Source: a virus
Taxonomy: Duplodnaviria; Caudoviricetes
Strand: one strand, 5' to 3'
Length of the DNA: 61,200 nt
IMG/VR virus record: IMGVR_UViG_3300046744_000205
Location: 1 to 61,200 of that record
The notes below the pieces were generated by a model. The model searched no databases, was not told the DNA's origin, and saw nothing but the letters and a program-made list of their open reading frames with translations. Made by a program: the position numbers and the translations under genes. Below, piece after piece: positions 56,583 through 61,200 of this stretch (the stretch's first letter is position 1; each line of letters starts with the position of its first letter).

Positions 56583-58712
56583 TTATGCTGCTACTATTGG
56601 TATTTTATAATTCACTCCGTTTATTTTAACAGTCCACGTTTTGTCTACCGTTACTGTTTCAGTAGTTATTGTTCCTGCGTTAACACTAGCACTACCTACA
56701 ACAAATTGATTGTTTGCTGTTGCTGTTGCTGCCCTACCTAAAATAACACTACCACTAAAGTTACCACTAGCCGCTTCCATACCAACTGCTGTATTACTAA
56801 TACCGCTAGTATTATCAGATATAGCTTTATAACCTATTCCTGTATTATTAGAACCTGTATTATCTTTTAATGATTGCCAACCTATTGCTGTAGAATTTGA
56901 ACCTGTAGCGTTAGAATACAATGCTAATTGCCCCATTGCAACGTTATTATTTCCTGTTGAATTATAAAACATTGCTTGATGACCACTTGCTGCATTATTA
57001 GAACCTGTGGTGTTATTTGCTAACGCTTGATAACCTACTGATGTAAGATTTGCACCTGTTGTATTACTTAATAAATTTTCACGTCCTATAGATACATTAC
57101 TTGTACCTGTAGTATTAGTAACTAATGCCTGTGAACCAATTGCAGTATTACTACTCGCTGTTGTATTTGATTTTAATGCTTGATAACCTATTGCAGTATT
57201 ATTATAACCTGTTGTGTTAGCATAAAGGGCTTGATAACCGACTGCTGCGTGACTACTACCTATAGTGTTAAGTTCTAATGCTTGATTTCCAACTGCTGTA
57301 TTAGCGTTTGCGGTGGTGTTATTGTATAATGCCGCATAACCAAATGCTGAATTATTACCACCTGTAGTATTTAAATATAATGCCTGTCTACCAACTGCTG
57401 TATTTGTACCTCCTGTAAGGTTATTACTTAATGCTAAATAACCTACTGCTACGTTATTTGCACCTGTAGTGTTATATCTTAAAGAATCATAACCAAATGC
57501 TGAATTATTAGCACCTGTGGTATTTTGACGCATCGCATTAGAACCACTTGCAGTATTGTTAGAAGCTGTGGTATTTTGACGCAATGCTTGATAACCAATT
57601 GCGGTATTTAAAACCCCTGTTGAATTTGAAAATAATGCTTCACTTCCAATTGATACGTTATTAATACCTGTAGTATTACTAAATAATGCTCTATTACCGA
57701 ATGAGGAATTATTATTTCCTGTAGTATTTAAATATAATGCCTGTCGACCTACTGCTGTATTTGTCCCACCTGTGGTATTAGCGAATAATGCTTGATAACC
57801 ACTTGCGACATTATTAGAACCTGTTTGATTGCCCCTTAATGCCTGTAAACCTACTGCAACATTATTAGTACCTGTTGTGTTACCACGTAATGATTCATAA
57901 CCATAAGCTGCATTAGATGAACCTGAAATGTTAAAAACCATTGATTGATAACCACTTGCAACATTATTAGAACCTGTGGAATTAGTATATAATGCTGAAA
58001 TTCCTACTGCTGTATTATTAGAACCTGTAGTGTTTGTACTTAATGCTTCACTTCCAAATGCTGAATTGCCACTTGCTGTTGTATTACTTTTTAATGCATC
58101 TCTACCAATTGCTGTATTACTAGAACCTGTTGTGTTAGCCCTTAATGCGTGATAACCACTTGCGACATTGCTAACTCCTGTGGTATTAAATAATAATGTT
58201 TGATAACCATTAGCAGTATTGTTAGCTCCTGTGGTATTTGAATTTAATGATTGATACCCCGATGCTGTATTATTACTACCTGTTGTGTTTAAAAGTAAAG
58301 CTCTTTGACCTATTGCAGTATTAAAACTACCTGTTGTATTAGTAAGTAATGCCCTAGAACCCATTGCTGTGTTTTGACCACCTGTTGTATTACTTATTAA
58401 CGCATCATTACCAAATGCAGCGTTAGTTATTACACTTCCTGCTCCTGTATTCCATACAGATGTTCCGTTGTCGTTTAGTAAGCTGTCTGCAATTGTATGT
58501 GCACCTGTAGCAGTATTGTTAATAAACTTAGCGACCTTATTAGCTGTACCTGTCCCTGATATATTATCAGCAGGAACACCGCCAACAGTATCTGCAATGT
58601 CTTGCATTGTAAAATACTCTGCTCTTGCATTTGTTGAAGATGAGCCTTTATCTACTATGGTGACACCTGTTGTGTCTCCTCTAAACTGTGTATTACTTGG
58701 TATAATAGCCAT
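56583..58712 (-). CDS. Fibre protein with 14-aa repeats (YadA-head-like beta-roll)
   Basis: About 40 repeats of N-T-A-x-G-x-x-A-L-x-x-N-T-T-G type. Confidence 0.8.
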   Translation of the reverse strand: MAIIPSNTQFRGDTTGVTIVDKGSSSTNARAEYFTMQDIADTVGGVPADNISGTGTANKVAKFINNTATGAHTIADSLLNDNGTSVWNTGAGSVITNAAFGNDALISNTTGGQNTAMGSRALLTNTTGSFNTAIGQRALLLNTTGSNNTASGYQSLNSNTTGANNTANGYQTLLFNTTGVSNVASGYHALRANTTGSSNTAIGRDALKSNTTASGNSAFGSEALSTNTTGSNNTAVGISALYTNSTGSNNVASGYQSMVFNISGSSNAAYGYESLRGNTTGTNNVAVGLQALRGNQTGSNNVASGYQALFANTTGGTNTAVGRQALYLNTTGNNNSSFGNRALFSNTTGINNVSIGSEALFSNSTGVLNTAIGYQALRQNTTASNNTASGSNAMRQNTTGANNSAFGYDSLRYNTTGANNVAVGYLALSNNLTGGTNTAVGRQALYLNTTGGNNSAFGYAALYNNTTANANTAVGNQALELNTIGSSHAAVGYQALYANTTGYNNTAIGYQALKSNTTASSNTAIGSQALVTNTTGTSNVSIGRENLLSNTTGANLTSVGYQALANNTTGSNNAASGHQAMFYNSTGNNNVAMGQLALYSNATGSNSTAIGWQSLKDNTGSNNTGIGYKAISDNTSGISNTAVGMEAASGNFSGSVILGRAATATANNQFVVGSASVNAGTITTETVTVDKTWTVKINGVNYKIPIVAA

Positions 58713-58720
58713 AATTTTTT

Positions 58721-58876
58721 TTATTTATCGTAAGGGAATATTCTATTTAGTGTATCTTTTCTTTCAGCACATCCACAAGACTTACCTGTGGCTTTAGCTA
58801 CTGTATCTACAACTTTTTTTATTCCGGTTGCTTTTGTAATTTTTTCTACTGTATCTCCTAATCCTTTTGATTTCAT
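58721..58876 (-). CDS. Small protein (51 aa, MKSKGLGDTVEKITKATGIK...CGC)
   Basis: Manual translation; ATGA coupling. Confidence 0.75.
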   Translation of the reverse strand: MKSKGLGDTVEKITKATGIKKVVDTVAKATGKSCGCAERKDTLNRIFPYDK

Positions 58877-59010
58877 TTGCATTTACATTCTTTATTTGGA
58901 CACTTAGTCACGTCAAACATAAGACTCAACATAGTAGCATTCCATTTACATTGGAACTTGCACCACTCGTGCTGAATCCACATACCTGCTTTTATTAATA
59001 GTTTTCCCAT
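58873..59010 (-). CDS. Small Cys-rich protein (45 aa)
   Basis: Start MGKLLIK 5 nt after TATATTTG. Confidence 0.6.
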   Translation of the reverse strand: MGKLLIKAGMWIQHEWCKFQCKWNATMLSLMFDVTKCPNKECKCK

Positions 59011-59023
59011 TGTTGCAAATATA

Positions 59024-59314
59024 CTAATATTTTCCTCGTCTATTTTTTGGTGAGCTCTTAGTTGAACCTCCTTTTCCTGCCCATAATTTCTTACAAGACC
59101 AATAACGTGCACTTAACTTGTTTGTTGCTGTACCACACTTGTGACGAGCCTTAAATGACTTGCGTGCAGCAGCAGAATAGTTGTGACCATATCCCTTAGC
59201 ACCAAAGTGAATTAACTTCTCCTTGCCACCGGCACAAGCCTTAACCATTTTTTTCTTACCTGCTCTATCGGATCTCATTACCCGATTACATTTCATTTTA
59301 CTTTTCGTTGCCAT
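59024..59314 (-). CDS. Small basic protein
   Basis: KLIHFGAKG, ARKSFKARHKC, SARYWSCKKLW. Confidence 0.8.
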   Translation of the reverse strand: MATKSKMKCNRVMRSDRAGKKKMVKACAGGKEKLIHFGAKGYGHNYSAAARKSFKARHKCGTATNKLSARYWSCKKLWAGKGGSTKSSPKNRRGKY

Positions 59315-59316
59315 AG

Positions 59317-59781
59317 TTATGTTGATTTAGCTTGTATTACTATCCATTCAGTACCATCAGACCAAACTGCACATCCGTTATATGCTTTGTTAATTTCATA
59401 TGAAGCACCTCCATCTATTGTTTCACCCGAAGGTGCAGCAATCGCTATTTTATTACTTGCAGTAACTGTACTGTTGTTTACAAAACGAATTGTTCTATAG
59501 GGAATCGCAGTTGCACTTGGAAGAGTAATAGTATACGTTCCTGAACCACCTGTCCAATCAAAATCAACTACGTTAACCATTTGAGTAAGTGTTGATGCTC
59601 CTCCTGCTGAAGCGTTAATAAATAATACAGGCTCAAGTTTTGTAATTGACTCTGTGCAAGACTGACACAACTCATCAATGGTGTACGCATCTCTCATTGC
59701 GTTAGACTGTGCAGAGCCTTTGTTCTCTGTTTCTACTCCCGATGCTACTCCGTGAAATTTTGTCCCTGATGGTATTGGCAT
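59317..59781 (-). CDS. Putative fibre/decoration protein
   Basis: N-terminus homologous to 56583-58712; TITLPSA...ETIDG...SDGTEW C-terminal module. Confidence 0.7.
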   Translation of the reverse strand: MPIPSGTKFHGVASGVETENKGSAQSNAMRDAYTIDELCQSCTESITKLEPVLFINASAGGASTLTQMVNVVDFDWTGGSGTYTITLPSATAIPYRTIRFVNNSTVTASNKIAIAAPSGETIDGGASYEINKAYNGCAVWSDGTEWIVIQAKST

Positions 59782-59782
59782 A

Positions 59783-60118
59783 TCAATAATTAAATAAAGT
59801 GTTATTAGAACTGTTATTAGTTTTCTTAGTTTTTTTAGGTTTAATTTTTTTTACGTCCTTGCCTTTAGTAACTTTTCTTTTAATTAATTTATCAGGGGTA
59901 GTAGAGCCTGAGTGTCCATACCCCACATAGGTATCTACCTTCTTACGCTTTACCCCTTCATCATCTATAAAAACTTGCTTTTCTCTTCTTATTGGACCGA
60001 AGCGTGTTGATATTGATTTATATCCCGGACTAACAATTTCATTTATAGGGTCAAATCCTTTTGACACCTTTCTAGAAATTATGTTTTTCCTTCTTGCTTT
60101 CTTAAATGGGTTTTTCAT
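59783..60118 (-). CDS. Basic protein (111 aa), right copy only
   Basis: ORF track; absent at equivalent junction (311). Confidence 0.7.
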   Translation of the reverse strand: MKNPFKKARRKNIISRKVSKGFDPINEIVSPGYKSISTRFGPIRREKQVFIDDEGVKRKKVDTYVGYGHSGSTTPDKLIKRKVTKGKDVKKIKPKKTKKTNNSSNNTLFNY

Positions 60119-60369
60119 CGCTTTGTAAATTTTTTAGTTACTCTTCCTGCTTTAGTGTTAGCCACGACAGTTTTACCTTTCCTCCCTGCTCTCTTTTTCT
60201 TACGAGCAGTCTTTGCTCTTTCAGACTTAGTCATTGACTTAGCCTTAGCAAGTGGCAGACAGCGGTCAGGGTTCTTCTTATCCTTGCTTGTACCACAAGC
60301 ACCCTTTATTGACCCATCTGTTCCGATGCGTACCCACTTCTCGTCTCTCCACTTCTTTAACTCACCCAT
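60115..60369 (-). CDS. Small basic protein, allele of 311-562
   Basis: Near-identical translation. Confidence 0.85.
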   Translation of the reverse strand: MGELKKWRDEKWVRIGTDGSIKGACGTSKDKKNPDRCLPLAKAKSMTKSERAKTARKKKRAGRKGKTVVANTKAGRVTKKFTKR

Positions 60370-60530
60370 TAGTAAGACTTCTTCTCACTTCCGTAGTATG
60401 GGTTGTTCTTTAAACTCCCTCCTGTCATTTTTGCGAAAGCTGATGCTTTTGCTTTACCTGTTGCACTATAAGGGAATTTTCTTGTTTTCATCTTGCCCGA
60501 TGTAGAGCACTTATATTTTACTGTTGGCAT
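60369..60530 (-). CDS. Small basic protein, allele of 562-723
   Basis: MPTVKYKCST... Confidence 0.8.
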   Translation of the reverse strand: MPTVKYKCSTSGKMKTRKFPYSATGKAKASAFAKMTGGSLKNNPYYGSEKKSY

Positions 60531-60534
60531 AATA

Positions 60535-60690
60535 TTACTTTTTACTTTTTTTTGCGTAGTTAGGATCTTTACAATATTTACTCGCAGCCATATTCGCATA
60601 TGCTGAAGGATAGGTATCAAAGGTTCGCTTTGCCCAAGCTATACCTGCTGAACATATCTTATTACTTTTCTTTTTAGTTCTTCCTGCCAT
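60535..60690 (-). CDS. Small basic protein, allele of 850-1005
   Basis: Manual translation. Confidence 0.8.
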   Translation of the reverse strand: MAGRTKKKSNKICSAGIAWAKRTFDTYPSAYANMAASKYCKDPNYAKKSKK

Positions 60691-60830
60691 TACTTTACTT
60701 TATTATAAACCTGTAAAGCTATTGGCGTAAAAAGTTTTTGAGCCAAAGAACTAGTTGGTTCATTTGTATTAATTTTGTCTTTGTGTGTTGGTGCTAATGG
60801 GAATCCCAAGTTTCTTTTGTAATTATTCAT
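60690..60830 (-). CDS. Small protein (46 aa, MNNYKRNLGFPLAPT...), right copy only
   Basis: Manual translation; ATGA and TAATG coupling. Confidence 0.65.
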   Translation of the reverse strand: MNNYKRNLGFPLAPTHKDKINTNEPTSSLAQKLFTPIALQVYNKVK

Positions 60831-60958
60831 CTTCCTTGTCCTTTATATATTTTTTTATAATTCTTGGAGCTTTTTAATTTTGAGCTTTTAGATTTAGCGT
60901 GCACTCCTTTACGCTTAATCTTCTGTTTTTTACTATATGAAGTTAATGTTATTGCCAT
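60827..60958 (-). CDS. Small basic protein, diverged allele of 1005-1136
   Basis: MAITLTSYSKK...GQGR. Confidence 0.8.
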   Translation of the reverse strand: MAITLTSYSKKQKIKRKGVHAKSKSSKLKSSKNYKKIYKGQGR

Positions 60959-61200
60959 TATTGTTTTCTTTTATTGACGATTCTTCCTATACCTGATCTT
61001 ATTAATTTAGGTATATCTCCTAATCCTCTTAACCCTTTTACTTTAGTAGGAGCTACCCTGCCTTTTGTGTTTCTAGGATTTGAAACATTAGGAAGTTTTA
61101 TTTTATCAATATCTTTGTCTTTCATCCCGATGTCATCGTATTTCTTTTTTACTTTAGCGTAATTTGCTACTAAGACATCTCCGGGCTTAACAACTTTATG
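60958..61200 (-). CDS. Partial allele of 1136-1387
   Basis: KVVKPGDVLVANYAK...; 5' end cut by window edge. Confidence 0.8.
   Translation of the reverse strand, partial: HKVVKPGDVLVANYAKVKKKYDDIGMKDKDIDKIKLPNVSNPRNTKGRVAPTKVKGLRGLGDIPKLIRSGIGRIVNKRKQ

Larger units (their letters stand above)
59471..61198. repeat. Right copy of imperfect terminal duplication
   Basis: Homologous to 1-1370. Confidence 0.95.

Noticed and set aside
56583-58712. DNA tandem repeat or diversity-generating retroelement target
   Set aside because: Repeats are at protein level with varied codons; no reverse transcriptase or template/variable repeat pair seen
1-61200. Stop-codon reassignment, tRNAs, integrase/att sites
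   Set aside because: Long genes are intact in the standard code, and no cloverleaf or recombinase motif was seen by eye; tRNAscan would confirm

Overview
Apparently complete (~59.5-59.8 kb unit), AT-rich, tailed dsDNA phage genome with podovirus-type architecture. The host is very likely Bacteroidota (Flavobacteriia-like): promoters follow the TTTG-N19/20-TAnnTTTG consensus and Shine-Dalgarno sites are not evident. The + strand block (4973-22117) holds early, recombination and replication genes. The - strand block (22142-61200, continuing through 1-4316) holds virion, packaging, lysis and GroEL/GroES genes. I saw no integrase, DNA polymerase, RNA polymerase, tRNA or CRISPR array. The most unusual signals are: (1) 11 copies of a 16-bp palindrome TTCCGA-YNNG-TCGGAA confined to, and thinning out across, the early region; (2) near-total absence of the 4-mer CCAG/CTGG; (3) two iteron+IHF modules 11 kb apart with identical internal spacing; (4) a T4 gene-32-like pseudoknot in front of the putative SSB; (5) tandem DnaA boxes plus two phage DnaA domain-IV proteins; (6) GroEL with two different co-chaperonins; (7) diverged terminal copies that differ by whole tiny basic genes; (8) a slippery A10 site in the giant virion protein. 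All counts were made by eye and all protein family calls come from motif recognition, not database searches.
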